Shown here one piece after another: positions 50,802-60,182 of a stretch of 64,000 bases of DNA; the first letter of the stretch is position 1, and each line of letters starts with the position of its first letter. Both the position numbers and the translations under genes were made by a program. A model generated the notes under the pieces. The model was not told the DNA's origin. It searched no databases and worked only from the letters and a program-made list of their open reading frames with translations. Origin of the DNA: an uncultured Bacilli bacterium (lineage in GTDB: Bacteria; Bacillota_I; Bacilli_A; RFN20; CAG-826); contig CAJOMQ010000001.1 of assembly GCA_905236715.1 (NCBI GenBank), positions 110,015 through 174,014 of the forward strand, written 5' to 3'.

Positions 50802-52030
50802 TTATCATCCTCCTGAATTTGAAAATAATTATCGATTTGTTTTTGGTTCATTAATGTATTTAATTTATTAAATAAAAAGACATATTTTAAAGGATTAAAG
50901 CGTTTGTGACCAATCACTTGGTAACTTTTATCTTTGATGGTAAAACATAATTTGATGCCACTGACAGGGGAGGCAATCATAATATCTTCAATGGGAAATG
51001 AAATATTAGGGAAAGATAAATAATGATTGGTGACACTCATTTGGCCTTTGGCGATGATTTTTCTTTCTTCTTCGGGATTCGCATTTTTTAAAGTGACGGG
51101 TCCATCAGTAAAAATGATTTCATCATCTTTAATCGGTAAATCTTTAATCCATCTTTTTTGTAGATTATACCAAGGTAATAATTTTGTATAAGTAAAATGA
51201 GGATGATTACTCGCTAATGTTAAATCGGGTTTATATTCCACTTCTAAACCACAATTTTGACATCTCAAATAATGACCTTTCGACACTAATTTGTGCGGCG
51301 TCATACAAACTGGACATAAGAAAAATAATCTTTCTAAATATTCCGCGCTGGCTTTGCTTTTATATAACTGTTTAGATTCACTATCGATGACTCTTAAATT
51401 ATCTTTGATAATTTGTGTTAATTCTTCATTAGGAATATCGGCATAATCTTCATATTTTAAAACCTTTTTAATTTGCCCATAAAAAGGACCTTTTCTCTTC
51501 TTTTTGGCAAAGCGCGGAAAGACACCGGTTCCCCCATGGATATTAAATAAGATAATCGTGCTTTTAAAGGCTTTTAAATATTTACCAATCGCGGGAGTTA
51601 TATAATATTGAAATTCGGCATAACTACGATTACCTTCGGGGAAAAATAATAAAGAGTCACCACGCGAAACCACGCGCATCATCTCAATATTGCTTTTTAA
51701 ATCCACCACCCCTTTTTTCTTGGGAATACAGCCCATTCTTTTTAAAAAAGAAGAAACCAACCCCTTACGAAAAATATTATCCGTAGCGACGGTATATAAG
51801 GTCTTATTAAAGGAAAGATAAATCAATAAAGGATCGATATCGGTTTGGTGGTTAGCAAGCACCACGACGGATTCACCTTTGGCGATTTTATATTTATCTT
51901 TGGCCCGATAATGATAATGAATATAGATGATTGATCTTAAAAAGAAAGTGACCAGTCGTTGCAAGAAAGGATGTTTTTGTTGACTTGTTTTCATATCCCC
52001 TAATGTGAAAAATATTATCATTTTTTTCAA
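50798..52030 (-). CDS. Lysophospholipid acyltransferase (PlsC-like) with an extended C-terminal domain
   Basis: It has the HX4D motif (NHQTDIDP) and a downstream PEGNRS motif (FPEGNRS). Confidence 0.7.
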   Translation of the reverse strand: MKKMIIFFTLGDMKTSQQKHPFLQRLVTFFLRSIIYIHYHYRAKDKYKIAKGESVVVLANHQTDIDPLLIYLSFNKTLYTVATDNIFRKGLVSSFLKRMGCIPKKKGVVDLKSNIEMMRVVSRGDSLLFFPEGNRSYAEFQYYITPAIGKYLKAFKSTIILFNIHGGTGVFPRFAKKKRKGPFYGQIKKVLKYEDYADIPNEELTQIIKDNLRVIDSESKQLYKSKASAEYLERLFFLCPVCMTPHKLVSKGHYLRCQNCGLEVEYKPDLTLASNHPHFTYTKLLPWYNLQKRWIKDLPIKDDEIIFTDGPVTLKNANPEEERKIIAKGQMSVTNHYLSFPNISFPIEDIMIASPVSGIKLCFTIKDKSYQVIGHKRFNPLKYVFLFNKLNTLMNQKQIDNYFQIQEDDK

Positions 52031-52136
52031 AAAGAAAAAACTTTTTTATAAAGGGGCCTTGGATAATGAAGAATAATTCTTCCCCTTTTGATGAATAAAA
52101 GTTTATTCTTTTATCCTTTTCTTTTATGATATAGAG

Positions 52137-52994
52137 GTGAATAAATTACAAGAAACGCAATTAGAAATATTAAAAGTGTTTATCGCTATATGCGAGAAAC
52201 ATCATCTTTCTTATTTCCTTGTCAGTGGCACCGCTTTAGGGGCGGTCAGACATCATGGTTTCATCCCTTGGGATGATGATATAGATGTCGGAATGATTAG
52301 GAGTGAATATGAAAAATTCCTCCAAGTAGCCCCCAAAGAACTTGCAGGAAGCCACTATTTCTTACAGACTTGGCGGAGTGATCCCCATTATATATATGGC
52401 TTTGCCAAAATTAGAGACAATAACACCACCTATATTGAAAATTTCTTTATGAATCATCAAATCAATCATGGTGTCTGGATGGATATTTTTCCCATTGATG
52501 GCTTAACCGATAAAGAATTATCCATCAAAAAATTAAAACCAAGACTCCACCATTTCGTTTTTCATATTTATATGTCTTATCTACCAGCGTTATTAAGAAA
52601 ATTCCATAAGAAGACATTTTTCAAAGATTTATTATTCAATTTTATTGGTGTCTTATTTTATCCCTTTAATATCGCCCATTATCATCAAAGAAAATTAGAT
52701 AAGATGGGAAATAAATATCCCTTAGAAAAAGCGACATATGCGGGAAATTATATGTATTATTTTACCGGTCGTATTGAAGCTTTACCCGCGCATATTTATT
52801 TAGAGACCACCGATGCGATATTTGAAGGCGTTAAAGTGAAAATACCAAAAGATTATGACACTTATTTAACGTGTTTATATGGTAATTACATGCAGCCACC
52901 AAAAGAAAATGACCGTGTTGGTCATCATATTGATAAAGGTTTTTCTTTGGAAATGGGTTGGCAAGAATATATCTACCATAAGAAAACCCGCTAA
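52137..52994 (+). CDS. LicD-family phosphotransferase (phosphocholine/ribitol-phosphate transferase-like)
   Basis: The ORF has a GTG start and reads LVSGTALGAVRHHGFIPWDDDIDVGM, the LicD nucleotidyltransferase-fold DxD motif. A terminator hairpin lies at 53031-53063. Confidence 0.8.
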   Translation: MNKLQETQLEILKVFIAICEKHHLSYFLVSGTALGAVRHHGFIPWDDDIDVGMIRSEYEKFLQVAPKELAGSHYFLQTWRSDPHYIYGFAKIRDNNTTYIENFFMNHQINHGVWMDIFPIDGLTDKELSIKKLKPRLHHFVFHIYMSYLPALLRKFHKKTFFKDLLFNFIGVLFYPFNIAHYHQRKLDKMGNKYPLEKATYAGNYMYYFTGRIEALPAHIYLETTDAIFEGVKVKIPKDYDTYLTCLYGNYMQPPKENDRVGHHIDKGFSLEMGWQEYIYHKKTR

Positions 52995-53096
52995 TAAAAA
53001 TTAAAGTATTTATTCATTTGTGCCATCAAGGGATTTTCTTTGATGGCTTTTTAAATCTACTTGATGGACAAATTCTTCTTTACTAATCATGGAACA

Positions 53097-53576
53097 TTAA
53101 ACCGCTAAGGCTTGTATCAAATGATATACACCCATGATAAGAAAAGGGGTGATGGCTAATAAAGTGGTTAAACGAATTCTTATTTGCACTCTTCGCCATT
53201 GTCTTAACGTCAAAGCGTTTACCTTTGGCATACCCATAATGGTACCCATTAAAGGAGAAATGAGCATCGCGCCGATAATAACAGCGACGTTATCTAAGAT
53301 CAGACCAATAGAGGCAATTAATGTCGCGCAAATCAAAATCGAGGCATTAATTCAGGTGATTTTTGATCCCGCAATCATCCTTTCGCGGATGTTATCAAGT
53401 GAATCCATATCGTCACGAATACTAAAGATACGTTTAAAGAAATGTTTGATTTTCGCTCTTTTGGGATTTTTTGTTTTTTCTTGTTCACCCAAACGCGATT
53501 CCGCTTCTAATACCGGTAATTCATTAATCTCACTATCGGGGTTTTCTTTTTCTTCTATTTCATCCATATTATTCAA
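53097..53576 (-). pseudogene. Remnant of a DUF389-family membrane protein, interrupted by an in-frame TGA and truncated
   Basis: A 74-aa ORF and a 79-aa ORF are in the same frame, separated by a TGA at 53352-53354. The second part reads LDNVAVIIGAMLISPLMGTIMG, a DUF389 signature. The total of ~160 aa is far shorter than intact family members. Confidence 0.5.
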
Positions 53577-53664
53577 CCTTGATATTTGTTTGTTTTAATG
53601 GTGTCGGAAATTCTTTTACCAATATCGATGAAATGATTTAAATCATCTTCTCCGACTTCTTTGA

Positions 53665-54006
53665 TTATTTGTTCGATAACGGATTAAGCTTTTGCACTGT
53701 CGATTGGCGTTTTTGTTTGCCTTCTTCACTAATCTTAATAATCTTCTTGCGGTGATCATTGTCATCAATGTTGATAATCACCCAATTCTTCTTCACACAT
53801 GAATTTAATAAATTAGTGACACGAGGAAGTGAACAATGAAGATTCATAGCAATGTCTTCAGCGTTAATTACTTCACCATCATGTTGAAATAGATATTCGA
53901 GCACAAAGCCAATACCGGTATTTTGCAATAACAGTTCATTGAAGTTAATGTCTGGCCAGGCGTTTTTTAATTTTTCGACATATTTATTAATTTGTAATTG
54001 TTCCAT
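53665..54006 (-). CDS. Small winged-helix (MarR-like) transcriptional regulator
   Basis: A 113-aa ORF with an HTH-like segment (AEDIAMNLHCSLPRVTNLLNSCVKKNW) and a GAGG RBS. Confidence 0.5.
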   Translation of the reverse strand: MEQLQINKYVEKLKNAWPDINFNELLLQNTGIGFVLEYLFQHDGEVINAEDIAMNLHCSLPRVTNLLNSCVKKNWVIINIDDNDHRKKIIKISEEGKQKRQSTVQKLNPLSNK

Positions 54007-54198
54007 AGTACTTGCCTCAATTAATTAACACGGTTAACTATAATGTCTATAACAATTAATTAATAGTGTTAAGTATATTTATTTACAAAGGGAAAAAGTT
54101 TTGTTACAAATGGGCATTTGATTAACGAATATAAAAAGCATTTAGTACTTACTCCACTAATCAAATGCGGCTCAATGATTTAATGTTATAAATTTCCG

Positions 54199-54249
54199 TT
54201 TAGTGTTGTATTTAGTGTTATTTAGTGTTAGAAATTGCCATTTAGTGTT
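54199..54249. repeat. Four direct repeats of TTTAGTGTT (iteron-like) in the MarR-like gene upstream region
   Basis: Copies lie at 54199-54207, 54211-54219, 54221-54229 and 54241-54249, spaced 12, 10 and 20 nt apart. Confidence 0.7.
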
Positions 54250-54282
54250 GTGCAATGACTATATAAGTTACGAGTTTTAGAG

Positions 54283-54879
54283 CTATTCTCCAAAAGCATA
54301 TAATTCAACAACAGTATTAGTCGCCAAATTAACTTTCGTTTTTTTGATAAGAGTAAATGGGCGACCACAGTGCCTTTTCGGTTCTGCATTCTCGAAATTT
54401 GATACCATCTTGTAATCATTGCTTCCCACATTTTTTATAAAATAAAAACTTATTATAGTATCACCATTTTTCAAGTGGAAAGCGTAATCAAAATTTATAT
54501 TATCGATTCTTCCGCCATAATAGTTCTTCTTGTCATAATATGTTTCCAAGTTATTGTCCAAAATATATTCCAGTTTTGTTAAAGCAGTCCATCTAGAAGT
54601 TACATCTTCGGTAAGAAATTGAGAATTTAGCACTTTTTCTCTTAAAAATTCCGTATTTTTGAGTAGACGATCATACTCACGTTCTGCATTACGGTTATTC
54701 CTTAATTCATGTATGTCAACAAGATATTGCAAACCGAGTAAATGAAAAAAACAATCATAAGGGAAGTGTAAGTTAATAATAACTTCATGGCCATTCTTCC
54801 CAATAATGATTTTATAAAAAGATTTTTTGAGACTTTCGCAGGCTCTCAAAGCATTCTGCAACAATATCTTATTAGTCAT
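54283..54879 (-). CDS. Hypothetical 198-aa protein, possibly a nuclease or toxin-like effector
   Basis: No signal peptide or TM helix. There are conserved-looking His residues (HFPYDCFFHLLGLQY; AFHLKNGD). It is preceded by a structured leader with a terminator abutting the ATG. Confidence 0.55.
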   Translation of the reverse strand: MTNKILLQNALRACESLKKSFYKIIIGKNGHEVIINLHFPYDCFFHLLGLQYLVDIHELRNNRNAEREYDRLLKNTEFLREKVLNSQFLTEDVTSRWTALTKLEYILDNNLETYYDKKNYYGGRIDNINFDYAFHLKNGDTIISFYFIKNVGSNDYKMVSNFENAEPKRHCGRPFTLIKKTKVNLATNTVVELYAFGE

Positions 54880-55062
54880 AAAAAAACCCTATTCCAAGGG
54901 TTGTTGATGTCTTCTCGCGTTAGCGTCCTGAAGTGTGGTCATTACATCTAGCCCCAGTGGGAACTCCGGCAATCAATGGTCAGGTCCGTCAACTGCTTTC
55001 ATCGTTCGGTCAAAATCTTCTTTTGACAACTATATATTATTGCAATATGTTGCTTTTTGCAA
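54880..55062 (-). promoter_or_regulatory. Promoter plus ~150-nt structured 5' leader with an intrinsic terminator 7 nt before the start codon (candidate attenuator or riboswitch)
   Basis: The promoter is TTGCAA-17-TAATAT (plus 55062-55034). The leader has a 5' hairpin GUCAAAAGaagaUUUUGAC, a long imperfect hairpin GAUGU..CUUC..CGCuaacGCG..GAAG..ACAUC, and a terminator AACCCUUGGAAUAGGGUUUUUUU (plus 54880-54905). Confidence 0.45.
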
Positions 55063-55121
55063 CAGTAAGTTTAAAAAGGGATACCGTTTGATATTTGTAG
55101 GTAACAATAAAAAAGAAAGTC

Positions 55122-55571
55122 TTAGTTATTGAGAATCCTCAATGAATCATTGTATACATCAGCATTAAATCCATACACACTATTTGTCTTTATAAAAACC
55201 TCGGGAAAAATATTTGATATCCCATCATCATTGTCATCAAGGATGAGCATTTTATCAATGCCGTCATTGGAGCAGCAGAGATAATCCATAATTTGTTTTC
55301 CCCTATTGTCATCGGGGTCATCAAAAATATCTTTCGGTCGCCTTGTATATCCAACTATCTTCATTTGATAAAAATCAAATATCTTCTTTTTGTGTGACAT
55401 ATCTATTTTCGAATATCTTCTGTCACTTGAAATAACGACACCATCAACTGAGGCTTCGTCTATCAATTTCTTTAGCAGAATAATCTTTTCAGTCTCCATA
55501 TCAGATTCATATGGGCCTTTTCCTGTGGAAGAGTTCAATACACCATCTATGTCTAGAAATATTATTTTCAT
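55122..55571 (-). CDS. Small HAD-superfamily phosphatase-like protein (DxDGV motif)
   Basis: The ORF reads MKIIFLDIDGVLN, HAD motif I. A late acidic motif LILDDNDDG follows. At 149 aa it resembles the minimal HAD phosphatases found in polynucleotide repair proteins. Confidence 0.55.
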   Translation of the reverse strand: MKIIFLDIDGVLNSSTGKGPYESDMETEKIILLKKLIDEASVDGVVISSDRRYSKIDMSHKKKIFDFYQMKIVGYTRRPKDIFDDPDDNRGKQIMDYLCCSNDGIDKMLILDDNDDGISNIFPEVFIKTNSVYGFNADVYNDSLRILNN

Positions 55572-55836
55572 TGGTAATTATTTATTAAATCTTATTTTTA
55601 CTGCATCGAAAAGGTATTCAAAAAGCGAGACTATCTCTCGCTGTGGGTGGATCCCTTTCGGCGTCCTATCAACAGGTTTACCTTTTGATAACTAGATTAT
55701 CGTTTGTATTGCACAAGCATGTCAAGAAAGAAATCGGCGGATATTAGAATAAAAATATTGCAACAATCAAAGATAAAAGATATTTTTATAGATGTGTTAA
55801 GGCTTTGGCCTTATTACTATATAATAAAAAAATAGG

Positions 55837-57087
55837 ATGAAGTTTATGGAATTATTGGAAGAAGTTGATTTCTATCAACAATTACGCTTTGAACAAGATA
55901 AAAGGCCAAAAGAGGATTTAAATACATTAAGTGAAGATGACTTAAAAAAGTTATTAGAAGAACTGAAAATTGAAAAGCCTTGTGATGATGAACCAAGTTC
56001 TTTGGTTCAAATAATCAAAAAATCAAAATTTGAAGATTTATCATTAGATGTTAATGATATTGAAAATAGAATCAAAGGCGCGATTATTGGCAGGTTCGCG
56101 GGATGTTTATTAGGTGTTCCTGTGGAGATGTATCCAATTGAAAAAATGGAACAAATAGCTAAAGAAGGTGGAACACCATTCCCACCCACAGAATATTGGC
56201 ATAAAGTTGATCGCGAAGATACCATCCAATATGGCGTTGATAGAAGAGGCAATTATACTTTAGATGGTATTAATGCCGTTTTTGTCGACGATGACATCAT
56301 TTATACCGTTTTAAATGTGTTATTAATCAAAAAATACGGAAAAGATTACACATTAGATGATGTCGCACAATTATGGTTAGATTTATTGCCATATGCATGT
56401 ACCGCAGAAAGAGAAGCCTTAAGCGAATTAAATAATGGTACAAAACCTGCTTTAGTGGCTAATAATAATCCTTTTACAGAATGGATTGGCGCCGCCATCA
56501 GAGCCGATGCTTTTGGATATGTTTTTGCGGGTCGACCAGCGGAAGCCGCCAAGGCGGCATATAACGATGCTTATTTAACGCATCGAAGAAACGGCATATA
56601 TGGGGAGATGTATTTAGCAGCGGCGATATCATTATCCTTTTGTATGCACCCACATCAAGCCATTGTGAAAGCGCTTGATTATATACCAACAAAATCAAGA
56701 TTACATAAAGATATTGAGTGGGTTTTATCTTTAAAAGATAAGAATTTAAATTATAAAGAAGCAAGAAAATTGATTGATGAACGTTTTGTGGGTATGAAAA
56801 ATCCTCACACACTCAACAATCTCTGCATTATCGCTTTTGTGACCATGATAGCGGGTGATTCATATACCAACGCCATCTCAACTGCGGTCGCTTTTGGCAT
56901 TGATAATGATTGCACTGCGGCCACCTTAGGCTCCATGTTTGGCGCCTATTTCGGCTTTCAAGGTGTAGATGAAAAATGGTATAAAAATTTCAATGATACC
57001 ATCCATACTTATTTGAAGGGATATGAAAATATCTCGTTATCTGGTTTCATTCAAGACACTGTTGATTTATACAAAAAATATCAATAA
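55837..57087 (+). CDS. ADP-ribosylglycohydrolase-family protein with an ~80-aa N-terminal extension
   Basis: It has ARH signatures: IKGAIIGRFAGCLLGVPVE at the N-terminal metal site, and GIDNDCTAATLGSMFGAYFG, a variant of the C-terminal GGDTDT motif. A terminator lies at 57103-57137. Confidence 0.75.
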   Translation: MKFMELLEEVDFYQQLRFEQDKRPKEDLNTLSEDDLKKLLEELKIEKPCDDEPSSLVQIIKKSKFEDLSLDVNDIENRIKGAIIGRFAGCLLGVPVEMYPIEKMEQIAKEGGTPFPPTEYWHKVDREDTIQYGVDRRGNYTLDGINAVFVDDDIIYTVLNVLLIKKYGKDYTLDDVAQLWLDLLPYACTAEREALSELNNGTKPALVANNNPFTEWIGAAIRADAFGYVFAGRPAEAAKAAYNDAYLTHRRNGIYGEMYLAAAISLSFCMHPHQAIVKALDYIPTKSRLHKDIEWVLSLKDKNLNYKEARKLIDERFVGMKNPHTLNNLCIIAFVTMIAGDSYTNAISTAVAFGIDNDCTAATLGSMFGAYFGFQGVDEKWYKNFNDTIHTYLKGYENISLSGFIQDTVDLYKKYQ

Positions 57088-57102
57088 GACCACTAAAAGT
57101 TT

Positions 57103-57137
57103 TAATCCACATGAGATGTAATCATGTGGATTTTTTT
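57103..57137 (+). terminator. Intrinsic terminator after the ARH gene
   Basis: An AATCCACATGAgatgtaaTCATGTGGATT hairpin followed by TTTTTTT. Confidence 0.8.
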
Positions 57138-57167
57138 AAATCAACTGAATCCACTATTCCACACGTA

Positions 57168-58502
57168 TTATTTATCTAAATATTTTTCTAATTCATACTC
57201 ACTCACCGTGGTATGATAGGCAATCCATTCCTTTTCTTTTGCATCGATATATTTATAGAATAATGGCTCTCCTAACACCTCTTTTAATAAGGTGCTTTTG
57301 CGAAATTCTTGCACCGCTGAATGGAGGGTTTCCGGAAGACGTGTAATCCCGCGAGAGAGAATTTCTTCATTAGTGAGTTCAAATAAATTGTCATTAATCG
57401 GAGGAATGATCTCTTCTTCCGTAACATTTTTAATTCCTTCCAGCCCAGCGGCTAAAATACCCGCTAAAGCGAGATATGGATTCGCGGTGGCATCAACATT
57501 TCTTAGTTCCGTGCGCGTCGCGTTTCCTCTAATCGCCGGAATACGAATTAATGAGGAACGATTCGCATCGCTCCAACAAGCATAAATAGGAGCTTCATAA
57601 CCGCTCACTAAACGCTTATAGGAATTGACGACGGGATTCGTTAATAAGGCTAGTTCACGCGTATAAGAAATGATACCAGTAATCCATTTCTTACAGAGTA
57701 AGGATAATTGCATATCCGCGTTAGGGTCATAGAATAAATCACCTTTTTGATTATCGAATAAGGAGCAGTTTGTGTGCATTCCACTACCCGGTCTTTTATT
57801 GAGAGGTTTCGGCATAAAGGAAGCCAGATAACCGTGCTTTCTTGCTATCACCTTGACAATCTGCTTAAAAGTTTGGACTTTGTCACAGGCATCGAGGACA
57901 TCACTATATTTAAAGGTGATTTCATTTTGTCCCGGACCAACCTCATGATGGGAAGCTTGCACTTCAAAGCCCATCGCTTCTAAGGTGAGGGCAACTTCTC
58001 TTCTCACCTTTTCCCCATCGTCGAATGGATTGAGGTCAAAATAACTCGCTTGATCAACGGGATGAGTCAAAAGAGAATGGTCTTCATTTTTCTTAAAGAG
58101 ATAGAATTCTGGTTCAAAACCAACATACATCTTCTCTATCCCCATCTCCTGCATTTTCTTGATTTGTCTTTTTAAGACATAACGGGGATCGCCTTCAAAT
58201 GGTTTCCCATCTGGTTTATAAACATCGCAAATAAAGCGGGCCACCACCCCATAACGGTCATCTTCAAAAGGAAGGATTAAAAAGGTGTTTAAATCAGGAT
58301 ATAAATACATATCCGCCTCTTTAATTCTCACAAATCCTTCTATTGAAGAGCCATCAAACATCACCTTATTATTTAAAGCGTCATCGATACGGCTAGAAGG
58401 TATCTCCACCGCTTTCATCGCGCCGAGCATATCGGTAAACTGCAGTCTGATGTAGGAAATATTATTCTCTTTGATAATTTTCTTGATTTCTTCTTTTTTC
58501 AT
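57168..58502 (-). CDS. glnA: Glutamine synthetase type I
   Basis: The 444-aa ORF has GS beta-grasp and catalytic motifs (DGSSIEGF; KPLNKRPGSGMHTNCSL). Confidence 0.95.
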   Translation of the reverse strand: MKKEEIKKIIKENNISYIRLQFTDMLGAMKAVEIPSSRIDDALNNKVMFDGSSIEGFVRIKEADMYLYPDLNTFLILPFEDDRYGVVARFICDVYKPDGKPFEGDPRYVLKRQIKKMQEMGIEKMYVGFEPEFYLFKKNEDHSLLTHPVDQASYFDLNPFDDGEKVRREVALTLEAMGFEVQASHHEVGPGQNEITFKYSDVLDACDKVQTFKQIVKVIARKHGYLASFMPKPLNKRPGSGMHTNCSLFDNQKGDLFYDPNADMQLSLLCKKWITGIISYTRELALLTNPVVNSYKRLVSGYEAPIYACWSDANRSSLIRIPAIRGNATRTELRNVDATANPYLALAGILAAGLEGIKNVTEEEIIPPINDNLFELTNEEILSRGITRLPETLHSAVQEFRKSTLLKEVLGEPLFYKYIDAKEKEWIAYHTTVSEYELEKYLDK

Positions 58503-58506
58503 CTAT

Positions 58507-60123
58507 CTACTCCTTAAGCGCGGCTTTTATCAAACCCATAAATAAAGGATGGGGCTTATTCGGACGCGATTTAAACTCGGGATGAAACTGGCAAGCAATA
58601 AAATATTTATGCGCTTTAATCTCCACGATTTCGACCAGTTTTTTCTCGGTATATAAACCACTTACATCCATTCCATTAGCAATATATTCATCGAGATATT
58701 TGTTATTGAATTCATAACGATGACGATGTCTTTCCGCGATGATTTCATTTTGATATAAGGACATCGCCAGCGAGTTTTCTTTCAATCGACACGGGTAGGA
58801 GCCTAATCGCATCGTCCCACCCTTTTTCGCGATGCCAACTTGTTCACTTGATAAATCGATAACAGGGTGCTTCGTATGTTCATCAAATTCCGAAGAATTG
58901 GCATCATGATAACCCAAGACATCTCTGGCGAATTCAATGACACTGATCTGCATGCCTAGACATATTCCTAAATAAGGAATATTGTTGACTCTGGCGTAAT
59001 GGGCACTGACAATCATTCCTTCAATACCTCTGGTGCCAAATCCACCGGGGACAATCATTCCATCGATATCTTTAAATATATCTTCAACGTTATCTTTATT
59101 CACCTTTTCCGAATCAATCCATTTGATTGATAAAGCGGCATCTAAACTATTAGAAGCGTGATATAAAGCTTCTTCGACAGATAGGTAAGCATCGTGCAAA
59201 GCGACATATTTACCAACGAGCGCAATCGTCACTTTCTTATGCACATTTTTGATTTTATCCACCATTTTCACCCAGAAATCGAGGTCCGGTGTTCTTTCTT
59301 CTAACGCTAATTTCTTAATCACTTCTTTGGTCAATCCTTCCCCTTCCAGTAGCAAAGGGACTTCATAGATTGTGGAAGCTGTCAAATTTTCGATGACACA
59401 ACTCTTCTCCACATTAGTGAATAAGGAAATCTTTTCTTTCAGATGGTCATCAAGTGGTTGACTTGAACGGCAGACAAGAATATCGGGCTGAATGCCTAAT
59501 GACTGCAATTCTTTCACGGAATGCTGTACAGGTTTCGTCTTTATTTCGCCACTGCCAGGTATTTCCACCACTAAAGGCACATGAATATAAACGACATTAT
59601 TTTTCCCTTTTTCTCTACTCACTTGTCTAATCGCTTCTAAAAATGGTTGGCTTTCAATATCACCGACGGTGCCACCGATTTCCACGATGGAGATATCTAA
59701 ATCTTTATCTTCCGCGGTATATATCCAGTGTTTGATCTCATTGATGACATGGGGGACAATCTGCACTGTGCTACCGAGATAACCACCTTCTCTTTCTCTA
59801 TTGATAACATTCCAATAGATTTTGCCACTGCTGATAGAATTGGAATAATCAAGTGATACATTGGTAAAACGTTCATAATGACCGAGATCTAAATCGGTTT
59901 CCGCGCCATCATCGGTGACAAAAACTTCCCCGTGCTGATATGGGGACATCGTCCCGGGATCAACATTGATATAGGGATCAAACTTCTGATTTTGGACCTT
60001 ATAGCCTCTTTGTTTCAGTAATCTCGCTAAAGAAGCGGCGCATATGCCTTTGCCTAAGCCTGAGACCACTCCACCTGTGATAAAAATGTATTTCATAATT
60101 ATTAATAATAAATATTTGGTCAA
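58507..60123 (-). CDS. pyrG: CTP synthase
   Basis: The 538-aa ORF starts [16 protein letters not shown] and has the GATase Cys motif (GICLGMQ). Its last codons contain the glnA RBS (AAGGAG). Confidence 0.97.
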   Translation of the reverse strand: MTKYLLLIIMKYIFITGGVVSGLGKGICAASLARLLKQRGYKVQNQKFDPYINVDPGTMSPYQHGEVFVTDDGAETDLDLGHYERFTNVSLDYSNSISSGKIYWNVINREREGGYLGSTVQIVPHVINEIKHWIYTAEDKDLDISIVEIGGTVGDIESQPFLEAIRQVSREKGKNNVVYIHVPLVVEIPGSGEIKTKPVQHSVKELQSLGIQPDILVCRSSQPLDDHLKEKISLFTNVEKSCVIENLTASTIYEVPLLLEGEGLTKEVIKKLALEERTPDLDFWVKMVDKIKNVHKKVTIALVGKYVALHDAYLSVEEALYHASNSLDAALSIKWIDSEKVNKDNVEDIFKDIDGMIVPGGFGTRGIEGMIVSAHYARVNNIPYLGICLGMQISVIEFARDVLGYHDANSSEFDEHTKHPVIDLSSEQVGIAKKGGTMRLGSYPCRLKENSLAMSLYQNEIIAERHRHRYEFNNKYLDEYIANGMDVSGLYTEKKLVEIVEIKAHKYFIACQFHPEFKSRPNKPHPLFMGLIKAALKE

Positions 60124-60182
60124 TTAATTAAAAATACGTATAATATTATAGTTATCATATCTTTTTTGTATGATAGTTGCTT

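Noticed and set aside
53337-53354. In-frame TGA read as tryptophan (Mollicutes code 4)
   Set aside because: Long housekeeping ORFs (valS, lon, secDF, rel) are complete with the standard code and contain no in-frame TGA, so TGA is a genuine stop and the DUF389 gene is a pseudogene.
54940-54990. GGTCAGGTCCG, resembling the SRP RNA (4.5S) domain IV core
   Set aside because: The flanking sequence lacks the obligatory GGAAGGAAGCAGC symmetric and asymmetric loop residues, and no acceptor-like pairing closes the helix. I judged the similarity coincidental.
54900-55000. GC-rich segment as a possible tRNA or other stable RNA gene
   Set aside because: No cloverleaf can be drawn. There is no T-loop GTTCRANNC or acceptor-stem pairing. 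It is better explained as part of a structured mRNA leader.
54880-55121. Type III toxin-antitoxin (ToxIN-like): a terminator directly before a ~200-aa gene
   Set aside because: No tandem short-repeat array is present in the leader, and the protein shows no resemblance to ToxN, AbiQ or CptN by eye.
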